A stretch of 64,000 bases of DNA from Planctomycetota bacterium (GCA_965222115.1 CBDCTJ010000007.1:2080001-2144000), one strand, 5' to 3'; positions 1 to 10,670 are shown, counted from the stretch's first letter. Program-made: numbers and translations. Notes: generated by a model from the sequence alone, not told the origin.

Positions 1-486
1 GCCGGTGGCCGCTTTGGATGTGTCTCCGATGCGCTCCTTGCTGTGGAAGGGGTAGACGACGAGGGCAATCCCTTTGATGTTGCTGTGGACGGATCCGCAT
101 TTGGCTATCGCACGAGCCCGTTTCTCGGCTGTTTCATTACGGGTGCAACATTTCGACGCCTGCCTAGTTTCGATGAATCCGAAGCGAGAGCTCGCTTTCA
201 GGAAGCGATGGCTTGGAAGCGCGTGACGCAGCCCCTGAACGTCGCAAGCGCTGGTTGCATGTTCAAAAATCCTGCGCCGAGCCTCTCGGCGGGTCGGTTG
301 ATCGAGGCCGCTGGACTCAAAGGCGAACGCGTGGGCGGTGCGCAAGTTTCCGATCTACATGCCAACTTCATCGTGAACCGCGGAAACGCTACGGCGGAAG
401 ATGTATGGCGACTTGTTCGGCGCATACAAGAACGCGTCGAAGAAACCTCGTCCATTGCACTCGAACTCGAAGTGCGAACGTGGTAA
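1..486 (+). CDS. murB: UDP-N-acetylenolpyruvoylglucosamine reductase, C-terminal part (5' end outside window)
   Basis: Frame open from position 1 (AGGRFG...); motifs FGYRTS, QPLNVASAGCMFKNP, AGRLIEAAGLKG, VSDLHANFIVN, LELEV. Confidence 0.95.
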   Translation, partial: AGGRFGCVSDALLAVEGVDDEGNPFDVAVDGSAFGYRTSPFLGCFITGATFRRLPSFDESEARARFQEAMAWKRVTQPLNVASAGCMFKNPAPSLSAGRLIEAAGLKGERVGGAQVSDLHANFIVNRGNATAEDVWRLVRRIQERVEETSSIALELEVRTW

Positions 487-529
487 CGCTCGACAAACCG
501 GGCTAACACGCCGTAGGAGGGGCACCCTC

Positions 530-1984
530 TTGTCCATCTCGAGTCAGTTTGCGCGAACGAAAATCGTTGCCACCGTTGGGCCTGCGTGCGACTCAATTGC
601 CAAGCTTGAGGGACTCATGCGCGCGGGCGCCGACGTCTTTCGCATCAATGGCGCCCACATCGAGACCGAGGAGATCGAGGGATGGGTCAAGCTCATTCGC
701 ACCGCCTCCAAGCGCTGCAAAACGCACGCTGCGGTCATGATGGACTTGCCGGGTACAAAAACGCGCGTCGGCGAACTGCTCCCCGACGGCGTGCGCGATC
801 TCCGAAACGGTGAAACCGTGCGTCTTGTGGATCGCGACGCCTCTTCCGAACAATCAGAGATTCCGGTCGAACCTGGCGCGTTTCTCGAAACGGTCAAGCG
901 GGGCCACAAGCTCCTGTTGGCCGACGGTCGCATAGAACTCAAGGCCACCCATCGCCGCGGGCGTGTCGTAACCGCCGTCGTCACGCACGGCGAAGTGCTC
1001 ATGAGTCGAAAGGGTGTACACGCCCCCGATTCGCAGGCCGGTCCATCGGTGCCAACGGCACGTGACCGCGCGCTTGCCGCAGCAGCGCTTGCCGCCGATG
1101 TTGACATGCTTGCCCTGTCGTTTGTGAGTGGCTCGGAGGATGTTGTTCGTTTGCGTCGATTGATGAAGCGCGAAGGGCGTCCCCTTGTACCTGTCGTTGT
1201 CAAGATCGAGCGTCGTTCGGCGCTTGAAGTGATTGACGAAATCATGGTGGTGGCAAGTTGTGTGATGGTGGCGCGGGGCGACTTGGGCGTCGAGATTGGC
1301 CCCGAGGCTGTCCCCACGGCCCAGCGAACTATTCTTGCCTCAGCACGGCGTGCCGGACGTCCCGCCGTTGTTGCCACGGAAATGCTCGACTCCATGATCT
1401 CGCGGCCGCGTCCCACACGCGCAGAAGCGCAGGACGTTGCCACCGCCGTTGCGCAACACGCCGATGCGGTCATGTTGTCTGCTGAAACAGCGGTCGGTGA
1501 GAACCCCAAGCGTGCGGTTGCCACTATGAATCACATCTTGTTGGCGGCCGAGCGAGAAGCCGACGAGCCCACCGCGCATCGCCGGTTGCGTAGCGACGAC
1601 AGCGGCCCCGTTATTGTCCCCACGCGACCTGATCAACACGTGGTTCGAGCCGCCGTGGACCTCGCCACCTACACCGGTGCCAGCGCCATGCTCGTGCTCA
1701 CTCGCGCCGGTGCATCTGCATTTCGACTTTCCAAAGAACGTCCGCGCGCACCCATCTTCGCACTCACCTATGACGACGAAGTATGTCGCCGCGTGTCCCT
1801 TTGTTGGGGCGTGCGCGCGCAGACCATTTCACATAAGAAGGACACCAAGGCGGCCGTCGAAGGCGTCCTGGAGTCGTTCCGACGCGCCCGCATCCTCAAG
1901 AAGGGCGACCGCATTGTGCTCGTCAAAGGCGGCGAAAGTGACCCGGCCGGCACCACGACGATGATTCGGTTTGTCACGGTCTAA
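530..1984 (+). CDS. pyk: Pyruvate kinase
   Basis: RTKIVATVGPA, KIER, MVARGDLGVE, ATEMLDSM, RPTRAEAQDV, DAVMLSAET; start placed at TTG 530 behind AGGAGG (515-520). Confidence 0.93.
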   Translation: MSISSQFARTKIVATVGPACDSIAKLEGLMRAGADVFRINGAHIETEEIEGWVKLIRTASKRCKTHAAVMMDLPGTKTRVGELLPDGVRDLRNGETVRLVDRDASSEQSEIPVEPGAFLETVKRGHKLLLADGRIELKATHRRGRVVTAVVTHGEVLMSRKGVHAPDSQAGPSVPTARDRALAAAALAADVDMLALSFVSGSEDVVRLRRLMKREGRPLVPVVVKIERRSALEVIDEIMVVASCVMVARGDLGVEIGPEAVPTAQRTILASARRAGRPAVVATEMLDSMISRPRPTRAEAQDVATAVAQHADAVMLSAETAVGENPKRAVATMNHILLAAEREADEPTAHRRLRSDDSGPVIVPTRPDQHVVRAAVDLATYTGASAMLVLTRAGASAFRLSKERPRAPIFALTYDDEVCRRVSLCWGVRAQTISHKKDTKAAVEGVLESFRRARILKKGDRIVLVKGGESDPAGTTTMIRFVTV

Positions 1985-4068
1985 CGAGTCAGCGACACGT
2001 TCACGTCTTCCCCGGGTCGGAGCATGATGCGAGCCTCGATCGCCTCGGTTTCGCTCTTCAACCAGGCCTTGAGCGTGAATTCGCCTGACCATTCAGGAGT
2101 AAGTCCGACGACTTCGATGCCCCCCGATTCTATCCAGCCCAACCGCTTGCGGTTGCTGTCATCATAGAGTTCGATTCGCACAAGTTCGCAGCCTTCCGGT
2201 GCCCGCACGTTTAGGGCGCCCGGGTTCCGGAGCAGCGTCACGGTGGGATTGTTCACCAGCTCATCCATGGCAAATGCAAAAAACTGATGACCCGGCACAT
2301 GAAACTCAAGACCACTCATGGCCGGATCGAGCCCTTTCAGAGTGAGCCGACCCGCGACGTCAAGTACAAGGGGCATTCCACGAAGTGCGCCGAGTGTACG
2401 TGGGGGGCCGTTTTTGCCTATTACCGAGACATCCACGGATCGATTCACAATCGCCTCTCTCCGGTCATCAATAAACTGAAGATGGAGCGGCGAGATGGAG
2501 CGAATGAGTCGCACGACAGTCGCCTCGTCTTTTAGCGCATCGTCATCCGGATCCAAGCTGAACTCACCGGAACGTGCTTGTGCGAAACCCTCCGCGTAAA
2601 CGTGCCAGTGTTTATGGCCCTCGTTTGAGAGCGGGTAGAAATCCTTGAAGGACGCAACGCGTATCGTCGCGATGCCATCCACATTGGTCTTCGCCTTGAC
2701 CATCGTTCCATCGGGATGAAGGAACGGAGTGTTGTCGCAAAGAACGCACGTGGCGCCGGCAATCGGCTGGCCTTGATCATCGACCACGCTACAGGTAACA
2801 AGCACCGGTTCACGCTCCGGAAAACGTACAGGATGTTCCAGTGACTCGGGTTGATGCTGATCGTCATCACGGCTTAGTCCTACATTGACAGCAGCACCGA
2901 CGATTGGTCCGAGGGTGTCGCAAAGCACAACAAGCACTTGGGTTGGCTCGTTGTCGCGATTGGCAACGTCGCGTATCGCGTCGTCGAATTCACGATCCAG
3001 GTCTACGGCGAAGGAGCCGTCAACCTTCACAGCCGAGGCGGCGAGGATTTGCGGGACGTGTGGCGACACGCGCCGGCTCGTACGTTCGCGATCGAATGCG
3101 TGATAAACGTGTATCGTGAGCCCATCATCCCGTTCGGCGGCCCATTGAGGAATCTCGCCACGGATTCGAAATGGTCTCGATTTGCTTGATTTGTTGTTGG
3201 AGGCCGAGGATTGATCTCGATCTGATGGCAGCGCCTCGGTTCTACGTGCATACAACGGGTTGTTTCCGGTCGCTTGTTTTGAGCCACGCAACAATCCAGG
3301 TGACGGACTCGAACCGTTGGACGATTTATCGGTCGTTGCGTCGAATCGAGTTTCCGCATCCTTCGCGTCACCCCACTTCGAGGTCAACGGAATGACGCCG
3401 ATAGCAAGACCGAGCACACCGAGGCCGGTCGCGATCTTTGCGATTGGAGGGCGCATGGGGGTCCGGAGGTTTGACAAGGATCCCGATCTCGCTGTGCGCG
3501 CCGCAGGCGTCGAGTTGTGAGTTGATGAGCCGTGGAGCAGGGGCGCGACCAGCGAGCGCCATACGTGGGTGCCACCTTGCGTCCTATCGACTCGCTTGCG
3601 CAACTGGCGAAGCGCACGCTTGAGACGCGTTTTAACTGTGCTCCTGTGCGCTCCTACGAGTTCCGATATCTCTAGCAGGCCAAGTCCCGCGAAGTAGCGC
3701 AGGTACACCACCATCCTGTACTTCGGAGAGAGACGGCCGATTGCGTTCGTGAGTATCTCAACGTCTTCTCGTTCGCCAAAAGATGGCGGGCAAGGATCGT
3801 CCGGCGTTGCACACGTGGGCGGCACGCCTCGCTCCCGAATCGCGTTGCGACGATGCCCTGACCGCAGACGATTGCGGATCGCGGCATATAGGTAGGCGTG
3901 TGCGTTTCCCCTAAGCCGACCGGGCTTGCGCAGTAGCGCGAGCAACACGTCCTGTGAGGCGTCCTCAGCGTCGTGCACACTCGATGCCATCGTGCGTGCC
4001 ACGCGGTTCGCGTAGGACTGTATGTCGTTGCCTTGGGTGTCGTTATCGATAGGGGAATTTTGTGTCAT
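1981..4068 (-). CDS. ECF sigma-70 factor fused to a TM helix and an extracytoplasmic carboxypeptidase-regulatory-like domain
   Basis: Sigma region 2 (DAEDASQDVLL) and region 4 (LSPKYRMVVYLRY, EISELVG, TVKTRLKRA); hydrophobic GLGVLGLAIGVIPL; VVDDQGQPIAGATC. Start ATG 4068 preferred over 4161. Confidence 0.85.
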   Translation of the reverse strand: MTQNSPIDNDTQGNDIQSYANRVARTMASSVHDAEDASQDVLLALLRKPGRLRGNAHAYLYAAIRNRLRSGHRRNAIRERGVPPTCATPDDPCPPSFGEREDVEILTNAIGRLSPKYRMVVYLRYFAGLGLLEISELVGAHRSTVKTRLKRALRQLRKRVDRTQGGTHVWRSLVAPLLHGSSTHNSTPAARTARSGSLSNLRTPMRPPIAKIATGLGVLGLAIGVIPLTSKWGDAKDAETRFDATTDKSSNGSSPSPGLLRGSKQATGNNPLYARRTEALPSDRDQSSASNNKSSKSRPFRIRGEIPQWAAERDDGLTIHVYHAFDRERTSRRVSPHVPQILAASAVKVDGSFAVDLDREFDDAIRDVANRDNEPTQVLVVLCDTLGPIVGAAVNVGLSRDDDQHQPESLEHPVRFPEREPVLVTCSVVDDQGQPIAGATCVLCDNTPFLHPDGTMVKAKTNVDGIATIRVASFKDFYPLSNEGHKHWHVYAEGFAQARSGEFSLDPDDDALKDEATVVRLIRSISPLHLQFIDDRREAIVNRSVDVSVIGKNGPPRTLGALRGMPLVLDVAGRLTLKGLDPAMSGLEFHVPGHQFFAFAMDELVNNPTVTLLRNPGALNVRAPEGCELVRIELYDDSNRKRLGWIESGGIEVVGLTPEWSGEFTLKAWLKSETEAIEARIMLRPGEDVNVSLTR

Positions 4069-4271
4069 GGAGGAAAGGTCTGTCCCGAGCGCGTCATTGC
4101 TACTACTATCACGCGTGAGCCCGCCCGTGGGGGTCAACGAAATCAGAATTCTTGCACTCATCTGATGGCGACGAGGTGGGTCTCTACAAGTCGATTTTCT
4201 GAGCCCTACGCGCCCGCAGGCTCAAGGAGGCCGCCCGGCTTTTTCCAGCTGTTGCGTATAAAGAATCGGAT

Positions 4272-4757
4272 TTGATGGCTCGCGGCTTGCCAAGAAATCG
4301 GATTCTCCTTCGCTCCAGCGAGCTCCACGAACGCTCAGAGTGGAGGCAGTGGCGGTACCTGCTTCCGGCGTCCGCGATCGTTGACATTCCTCAACACGGA
4401 GTATCGTCAACTGAGTTGAGGTTTGAGCGTGGAGGCATCCTTGAACTCTCATTTCTTGCGCCGTTAAACAAGCGAGGAAACTGGTATGGGGATGACTATC
4501 TGCTAGAGGCCAACCTACGAAATGAGCAAGGCAAGTCCATGCCCGTCAAGTGGTACGACCCGGATCCTAGTGGAGTACGGTACGCGCAATCGGTGCTTAC
4601 TTCTGCAGATGGCTGGACAAGCACGGCTTTGCCTACGGGTCGCTATCAGCTCTTGCTGAAGTCGAGTTTCGAATCCGTTCCGTTGTCGCCCGTGTCGCTA
4701 CGCTTCGAGATCGTGCCTGGGGAGACCACGACAGCGAGCGTTCTGCTTCGAAATTGA
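4272..4757 (+). CDS. Hypothetical beta-sandwich protein, possibly a fragment of a carboxypeptidase-regulatory-like protein
   Basis: 161-aa ORF ending LPTGRYQLLL...FEIVPGETTTASV, like the C-termini of the other beta-sandwich proteins in the window; no clear RBS. Confidence 0.45.
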   Translation: MMARGLPRNRILLRSSELHERSEWRQWRYLLPASAIVDIPQHGVSSTELRFERGGILELSFLAPLNKRGNWYGDDYLLEANLRNEQGKSMPVKWYDPDPSGVRYAQSVLTSADGWTSTALPTGRYQLLLKSSFESVPLSPVSLRFEIVPGETTTASVLLRN

Positions 4758-4997
4758 CGAACCTTGCAGCAATTGGCTTCGCAAGATCTCGGTCTGGATT
4801 CCGGAGCCCGAAGCGAGTTCGAGTTGCATCATGCGAGGCTCTCGGATTCAGTCACGCTTTCCACGCGCGCGACCCTGATGCCTCGCTAAGGTCCACGCCT
4901 CAGTTTCGATTCAGCCACATCGAATCCGTTCGATTCGTCGACTCGTCTTCGACCTGGACCCAAGAACAGTGACCCCCTAGTTTCCCGAGGAGCGTTT

Positions 4998-5735
4998 ATG
5001 CCTGATCACGTAGCACTTGTCACCGGCGGAAGCACCGGCATCGGTCGCGCTATCGCGAAACAGCTTGCCGAAGACGGATACAAGGTAGTTATCACCGGAA
5101 GAAATGAGAAAACGCTGAGCGAGGCGGCAGCCGAGCACACCAACATCGAGTTCATCGTCGCGGATGTTTCCAAACCCGAAGACAACGAGCGTGTGTTTGG
5201 GCATATTCAGGCCCAGCACGGGCGCCTGGACGCGCTTGTAAACAATGCGGGCATCGGTACGCCTGCGCCATTTGCGGAGGCGCCGATCGATCTCTACGAC
5301 AAGATATTCTCGATCAACGTGCGTGGGCTCATCGACACGACCAAACACGCATTGCCATTGCTGACAGAAAGCAAAGGAAGCATTGTGAACATATCTTCGG
5401 TGGTGGGAAATCGACCCATGCCTGGATTCTCATTTTATTCGGCGAGCAAGGCGGCCGTTTCAAGCCTCAGCCGTGCGTGGGCCAAGGAGTTGGCACCGAC
5501 CGGCGTGCGGGTGAACATTGTGAGCCCCGGCCCTATCGAGACACCGATCTTTGACAAAATGGGTATGAGCGATGAAGAGAAGCAGGGCATGGCCGGTCAG
5601 ATCGGCGAGATGGTGCCCATGGCGCGCTTCGGGACCCCGCAGGAAGTCGCCAACGCCGTGTCGTTCCTCACATCCGAAAAGTCGAGCTACGTCACGGGCG
5701 CCAACTACGCTGTGGACGGCGGGTTCGACGCCTAA
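4998..5735 (+). CDS. SDR family NAD(P)-dependent oxidoreductase
   Basis: TGGSTGIG, NNAG, YSASK, VSPGPIET; RBS GAGGAG. Confidence 0.95.
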   Translation: MPDHVALVTGGSTGIGRAIAKQLAEDGYKVVITGRNEKTLSEAAAEHTNIEFIVADVSKPEDNERVFGHIQAQHGRLDALVNNAGIGTPAPFAEAPIDLYDKIFSINVRGLIDTTKHALPLLTESKGSIVNISSVVGNRPMPGFSFYSASKAAVSSLSRAWAKELAPTGVRVNIVSPGPIETPIFDKMGMSDEEKQGMAGQIGEMVPMARFGTPQEVANAVSFLTSEKSSYVTGANYAVDGGFDA

Positions 5736-5790
5736 CTACGGCGTGGCGTTGCCGTAGGGGCGACGTCAAGCAACAGCGCACGTCGTGAGT

Positions 5791-7305
5791 ATGACAAAGA
5801 CAGTCGTGATTACCGGCGCGAGCGACGGCATTGGCCGGGCGCTTCTTGATCAGTATGCGCGGGAAGGGGCGCGCGTCGTTGGGATCGCGAGGCGTCAGGA
5901 GAGCAATCTCACGTCTGAGCTACCGCCGGGATGTCACTACGTTTCCGTGGATCTCACGGCACCGGACGCGATGCATCGAGTTCGGAATGCCTTTGAGACC
6001 CTTGGGATCTCCGCCGTTGATGTCCTGATTCACAACGCCGGCATTGCGCGCTTTGGCGATCACAGCGTTGAGACTGCAGCTTCGATTCGGGAACAGGTTG
6101 CCGTCAATATTGCGGCTCCGGTTGCGTTCACGCACGCGTTCTTTGGCCATGTTGAACGAGCGAAGGGCGTGATCGCGTTCGTAAGTTCTGTTGTCGAGGC
6201 GTTGCCGTGCGCCGAGTTCGCCACGTATGCAGCAACCAAAGCTGCGCTGACGGGATTCGCTCGAAGCGTTGCAATCGAGAACGAGGACCGCGACGTATCG
6301 ATCGTCTGTGTTCATCCCGGCGCGACGCGCACGGGCATGCACAAGAAGGCAGGCGTTCCCGAGGGGACGTATCGGACCGACAAGTTTTGGGCGGCCGCGT
6401 CCGTGGCTGCTCGCATCCGCCGTGTGATCGCGCGCCGCCGCCGTGCAGCATCCATTGGATTCGGAAACAAAGTAATCCGCGCGCTGGGTCGTCATGCGGA
6501 AGTGCCGTTCGATCGCATCGCTCGCAAGAAGGGACGGCCCGGTGGGGGAGGCAGAGAAGCCAAGCGTTGTCTGATCACGGGGTCGTCGAAAGGAATCGGT
6601 GAGGCGCTGGCCCGTCACTGTCGCGACGCTGGGTACGACGTGCAGGGTGTCGATATCGAGGAACACGCCTCGACATCGACTTGGATTCATGACTTGTCAC
6701 GCGCTGAGGATGTCGACGCACTTGTTAATCGATTGAAAAGCGAGCCTCCGTTTGATCTTGTGATTCACAATGCGGGCATCAGTTGCGTGGGTCGCTTTCC
6801 CTCGACCGACATCGACGCTCAGCTCGATGTACTGCGCGTAAACCTAGAAGCGCCCATTGTGCTCTCTCAAGCCATGCTCGCCAGCGATAAGATTGCTTCC
6901 GGTGGAAGCCTGGTCTATCTGTCGTCATTGGCTCACTTCGTTGGGTATCCGTCGGCCTCTGTTTATGCGGCCACCAAAGATGGGCTCACCAGCTACGCGC
7001 GCAGCCTGCGTGTAGCACTTGCGCCCAAGAACATTCACGTGCTGAGCGTGTTTCCCGGTCCTGTGCGAACCGAGCATGCACGTCGCTACGCACCGCCCGG
7101 CAGCGACGAATCCAGGCGCGCGGATCCCGACGACATTGCACGCGCGACGGTTCGCGCCATTTCGCGTCGTAGGCAGCGTCTTGTTCCTGGGATCGGAACC
7201 AAAGTTTTCGCCAAGGCAGGTCGATGGCTTCCTGGTCCTACGGGGCGCGCCCTTAAGAAGGCGCTGTTGGATAAGTTTGACGACACTACATCGATCACGA
7301 GTTAG
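5791..7305 (+). CDS. Tandem two-domain SDR oxidoreductase
   Basis: Two full motif sets: TGASDGIG/HNAG/YAATK/HPGATRT and TGSSKGIG/HNAG/YAATK/FPGPVRT, joined by KKGRPGGGG. Confidence 0.9.
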   Translation: MTKTVVITGASDGIGRALLDQYAREGARVVGIARRQESNLTSELPPGCHYVSVDLTAPDAMHRVRNAFETLGISAVDVLIHNAGIARFGDHSVETAASIREQVAVNIAAPVAFTHAFFGHVERAKGVIAFVSSVVEALPCAEFATYAATKAALTGFARSVAIENEDRDVSIVCVHPGATRTGMHKKAGVPEGTYRTDKFWAAASVAARIRRVIARRRRAASIGFGNKVIRALGRHAEVPFDRIARKKGRPGGGGREAKRCLITGSSKGIGEALARHCRDAGYDVQGVDIEEHASTSTWIHDLSRAEDVDALVNRLKSEPPFDLVIHNAGISCVGRFPSTDIDAQLDVLRVNLEAPIVLSQAMLASDKIASGGSLVYLSSLAHFVGYPSASVYAATKDGLTSYARSLRVALAPKNIHVLSVFPGPVRTEHARRYAPPGSDESRRADPDDIARATVRAISRRRQRLVPGIGTKVFAKAGRWLPGPTGRALKKALLDKFDDTTSITS

Positions 7306-7323
7306 CGTTCAGCGCAGAATTAC

Positions 7324-7623
7324 ATGCTTTCGTGGATTACAATTGCGCTGGTGCACTTGATGTTCATTCCGTTTCTCCTATCGATGATCCTCGCCCCGTT
7401 ACTCGTCTTCTGCGTAATGATGTCGAAATCCAAGGGGGCGAGATGCCAGCGTGCACTGGAGTGGGGCCTGGCATTTGGCGTGACAGGCGTCGTGCTGTGG
7501 TTTCTATATGCGGTGATCTTTGAGTCCGGCAACAACCTCGCGCCCGCAATGAGTATCTTAGTTTCCGGCCCCATTGGGTTTCTGATTGGTGTGGCGATTG
7601 GAATCAACCGTGGGGACGATTGA
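7324..7623 (+). CDS. Small integral membrane protein (about 3 TM)
   Basis: 99 aa with three hydrophobic segments; C-terminus paralogous to 12698-12808. Confidence 0.65.
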   Translation: MLSWITIALVHLMFIPFLLSMILAPLLVFCVMMSKSKGARCQRALEWGLAFGVTGVVLWFLYAVIFESGNNLAPAMSILVSGPIGFLIGVAIGINRGDD

Positions 7624-7749
7624 AGACGTTTACGCGACGCAGATGAGCACTTGTTCGCTAGTCGACAGCGACGTTCGATTGTCGCATGACCTTTCTGTGC
7701 ATTGTTGCCCCGTAGAGCAGCATTCACTCGGTGTGAGAAAATTCACAAG

Positions 7750-8832
7750 CTATGCAAGCGTATTGACGTTGTTGAGCTCGTTGAAGGCACGTTTCAGTCG
7801 CTCGATGAATTGTTGCTCGCCTGCGCGGAGCCACGCGCGGGGGTCGTACTTCTTCTTGTTGGGCTTATCGTCGCCTTCGGGATTACCGATTTGACCCTGC
7901 AAATAGTCACGGTTCGTGGCCTCATAGCATCGCACGCCATTCCAGAAGGCCCATTGCAAGTCGGTATCGATGTTCATCTTGACGACGCCGTAGGAAATGG
8001 CCTCGGCAATATCTTCGGCGCTTGAGCCGGATCCACCGTGGAAGACGAAACTGACCGGTCTGTCGCCCTTCGTCCTGAACTTCTTTGCAACATGCATCTG
8101 GGCATCGCGAAGAATGGTGGGGGTGAGCCTGACGTTGCCGGGCTTGTATACGCCGTGCACGTTGCCAAAGGCGGCGGCCACGGTGAAGCGCGGACTGACC
8201 TGAGAGAGGCGCTCGTAGGCGTAGGCGATCTCTTCCGGCTTGGAGTATAGGTCTTCGACGTTGGCCGACTCGTTGTCGACGCCATCTTCTTCACCCCCCG
8301 TGATCCCAAGTTCGATTTCGAGTGTCATGTCGAGCTTGTGCATCCGTTCGAGATAGCGACAGCAGATGTCGATGTTCTCTTCAATGGACTCTTCCGAGAG
8401 ATCAAGCATGTGGGAGCTAAAGAGGGGGACGCCGTGCGCCTTGTAGTGCGCCTCGCCCGCATCCAGCATGCCGTCGATCCACGGAAGCAGCTTCTTTGCT
8501 GCGTGGTCGGTGTGCAGAATCACGCGTGCCCCGTAGTGGGGCGCGAGGCTGTGGACATGGAGCGCGCCGGCCACACTGCCCGCGACCGACGCTTGAATTG
8601 AGCTCGTGCCAAGGCCCTGGCCCGCATTGAAGGCTCCGCCGCCGCTGGAGTATTGAAGGATCACCGGCGCATTCATCGCCACGGCTGCTTCCATGACGCA
8701 ATTTGCGCTGTTGCTCCCCACGCAATTGGCGGCCGGCAACGCAAAGCCTCTTGCTTTGGCGAGGTCAAAGAGGTCGGTAACCGCCTGGCCGGTAAGGACA
8801 CCGGCAGGGAACCCTTGCTTCTTGTATTCCAT
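7750..8832 (-). CDS. fbaA: Class II fructose-bisphosphate aldolase
   Basis: HTDHAAKKLLPW, SSHMLDLSEE, EIELGITGGEEDG, FGNVHGVYKPGNV, VFHGGSGS, KMNIDTD, PNKKKYDPR. Confidence 0.97.
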   Translation of the reverse strand: MEYKKQGFPAGVLTGQAVTDLFDLAKARGFALPAANCVGSNSANCVMEAAVAMNAPVILQYSSGGGAFNAGQGLGTSSIQASVAGSVAGALHVHSLAPHYGARVILHTDHAAKKLLPWIDGMLDAGEAHYKAHGVPLFSSHMLDLSEESIEENIDICCRYLERMHKLDMTLEIELGITGGEEDGVDNESANVEDLYSKPEEIAYAYERLSQVSPRFTVAAAFGNVHGVYKPGNVRLTPTILRDAQMHVAKKFRTKGDRPVSFVFHGGSGSSAEDIAEAISYGVVKMNIDTDLQWAFWNGVRCYEATNRDYLQGQIGNPEGDDKPNKKKYDPRAWLRAGEQQFIERLKRAFNELNNVNTLA

Positions 8833-9044
8833 ACGCGGAGTTTACGACAATCACGCATCCCTGACGTCCCTACGCGCTGACACCGTATCTCCGGCAAGTT
8901 TTTGCCATGGGCCTTGCCAACAGTTGCCGGCGGGGTCGCCAGCCAGCTTCCCGATGGCGATCAATGCGGCTCGTAGCGAAGGGCATACGAATTGCGGCGC
9001 CTTGTGCAGAACCCAATTCCCGTCTGAAGACTGAAGGAGGCCAT

Positions 9045-10520
9045 ATGAACAACGGCATGCGCAGATCCTATCGATATTCTCGTATGCGAATTGCCATCGT
9101 TGGTGCCGCGATCGCGTTTCTGAGTGCGTGTGGCTCGGGATCCGGCACGCCTTCAGCTGCTGGTGGCGGTGCGCTGGCCCAGAGCGCGAAGGTGATGGCG
9201 TCTGATTTGAATGGCGATGGTGCGTCGGAGATTGTGATATCGGCGAATCGGGATGCATCGCTGCAGGTATTTAGTGCGGATATTGAGGCGACCTACTTCG
9301 ACGCATCGGACGCGCTTGCCAGTTTCGCCATGGCGCTCGTGAACGCTGCGCCTTCCTTCGGTGACGGCGACGCACTCCCCTTTGAGGGTGCTGGTGGCAA
9401 GGGCTCGCTCCTGATTTTCGAGGGCGAGATTGTCGAGGAAACCGATCAGGCTCCTCAGATCACCTCCATTACGCCAACGACTTGTGAAGCCGGTGAAGTG
9501 CTGTGGATTGAAGGCAGCGGATTCCGTACTTCGTCTCACAAGGCTGACGTGCTGGTGGGCAGCGACGCCGTTGAGCCGCTTTTCGTCTTGGCGCGACTGT
9601 TGGTCGTGCAAGTGCCACTGGACACAGTGGAAGGCAACTATGAGGTCGTTGTCCGTCGAGACGGCTTGACGTCCGCTGCCGCGTCAATCGAAGTACGCGC
9701 GACGGCCAAGCCCGTCATCGATCGTGTCTCACCCGATCCGCTCATCCGTGGACGATTCGCGTTGGTGGAAGGCTCGCATCTTGGACTCATGGGCGAGGAC
9801 GTGACTGTAACGGTAGATGGCGTCGAATCTTCATCGGTGTTTGCCTTTCGCGATGCGCTCTTTTTTGTGGTTCCGGAAGATGCGGAAGGCGGCAATCTTG
9901 TCATCACGCGCGCTGAGACGGCCTCGGATCCCTACCCTGTCACGATAGCCGACATGCCTGCATTGGCCATTACCAAGCTGGTGCCCAGCTCGGCACCCAT
10001 TGGCGCCGTGGTGATCATTGAAGCAACAGGAATAGACTTTCACGCGGAATCCGTTCCCACGGCGAAGATTGGGAGTGTAGCGCTGCCGGTCATTGGTGTT
10101 GCTCCCGATCGAATTGAAGTGATTGTCCCGGAGGGGGCATTGTCTGGTGACGTCACGATTGCGCAGGGCGATGACACAAGCAATGCGGTCGCTTTTCGTG
10201 TCCGGGATCGACAAGCGCCTCAAATCACTTCTGTGAATCCTGATCCAATCGAGCCCGGTGGTGTCATGGAAGTGGCCGGCGTAGACCTCATAGATCTAAG
10301 TGACGCCGCGTCGAACGGCGGAGGTGGCCCACCCGATATGTTAGGCACAACGACCGTAACTGTTGGTGGCGTCGATGCCCCCTTCGCGTTTCCCGCCAGC
10401 GGGAATCTCGTTGTGTTGTTGCCATTTGAACTTACGTCCGGCACTGACGTCGCGGTAGTTGTAACGGTGGGCGAGCAGTCATCGGAGCCGTTCACCGTTT
10501 CGGTAGCCGACTCAGGCTGA
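9045..10520 (+). CDS. Lipoprotein with about four IPT/TIG Ig-like repeats
   Basis: RBS AAGGAGG; lipobox FLSA-C; repeats PQITSITP, PVIDRVSP, AITKLVPS, PQITSVNP; DLNGDG Ca-binding-like loop. Confidence 0.8.
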   Translation: MNNGMRRSYRYSRMRIAIVGAAIAFLSACGSGSGTPSAAGGGALAQSAKVMASDLNGDGASEIVISANRDASLQVFSADIEATYFDASDALASFAMALVNAAPSFGDGDALPFEGAGGKGSLLIFEGEIVEETDQAPQITSITPTTCEAGEVLWIEGSGFRTSSHKADVLVGSDAVEPLFVLARLLVVQVPLDTVEGNYEVVVRRDGLTSAAASIEVRATAKPVIDRVSPDPLIRGRFALVEGSHLGLMGEDVTVTVDGVESSSVFAFRDALFFVVPEDAEGGNLVITRAETASDPYPVTIADMPALAITKLVPSSAPIGAVVIIEATGIDFHAESVPTAKIGSVALPVIGVAPDRIEVIVPEGALSGDVTIAQGDDTSNAVAFRVRDRQAPQITSVNPDPIEPGGVMEVAGVDLIDLSDAASNGGGGPPDMLGTTTVTVGGVDAPFAFPASGNLVVLLPFELTSGTDVAVVVTVGEQSSEPFTVSVADSG

Positions 10521-10670
10521 TATCGCATCGATCGGCCCCGGAATCCTCACATCAGTGGGATGGCGCCACGGAATCGACTTGCGAAGGTAAACGCCTTCGT
10601 GTCCGTTTCTTCCAGTGTGTTCGCCCTGTTTCTCCCTCGCGCACCTCCAACGTGCCTACATCATGCAGCC

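Noticed and set aside
5730-5760. attC integron site (GCCTAAC plus hairpin)
   Set aside because: No matching GTTRRRY end at a suitable distance and no integrase; a simple CTACGGC/GCCGTAG hairpin explains it.
7732-7747. TGTGA-N6-TCACA CRP/Rex-like site
   Set aside because: It lies between convergent 3' ends right after the fbaA stop, with no promoter to regulate; more likely a small hairpin or chance.
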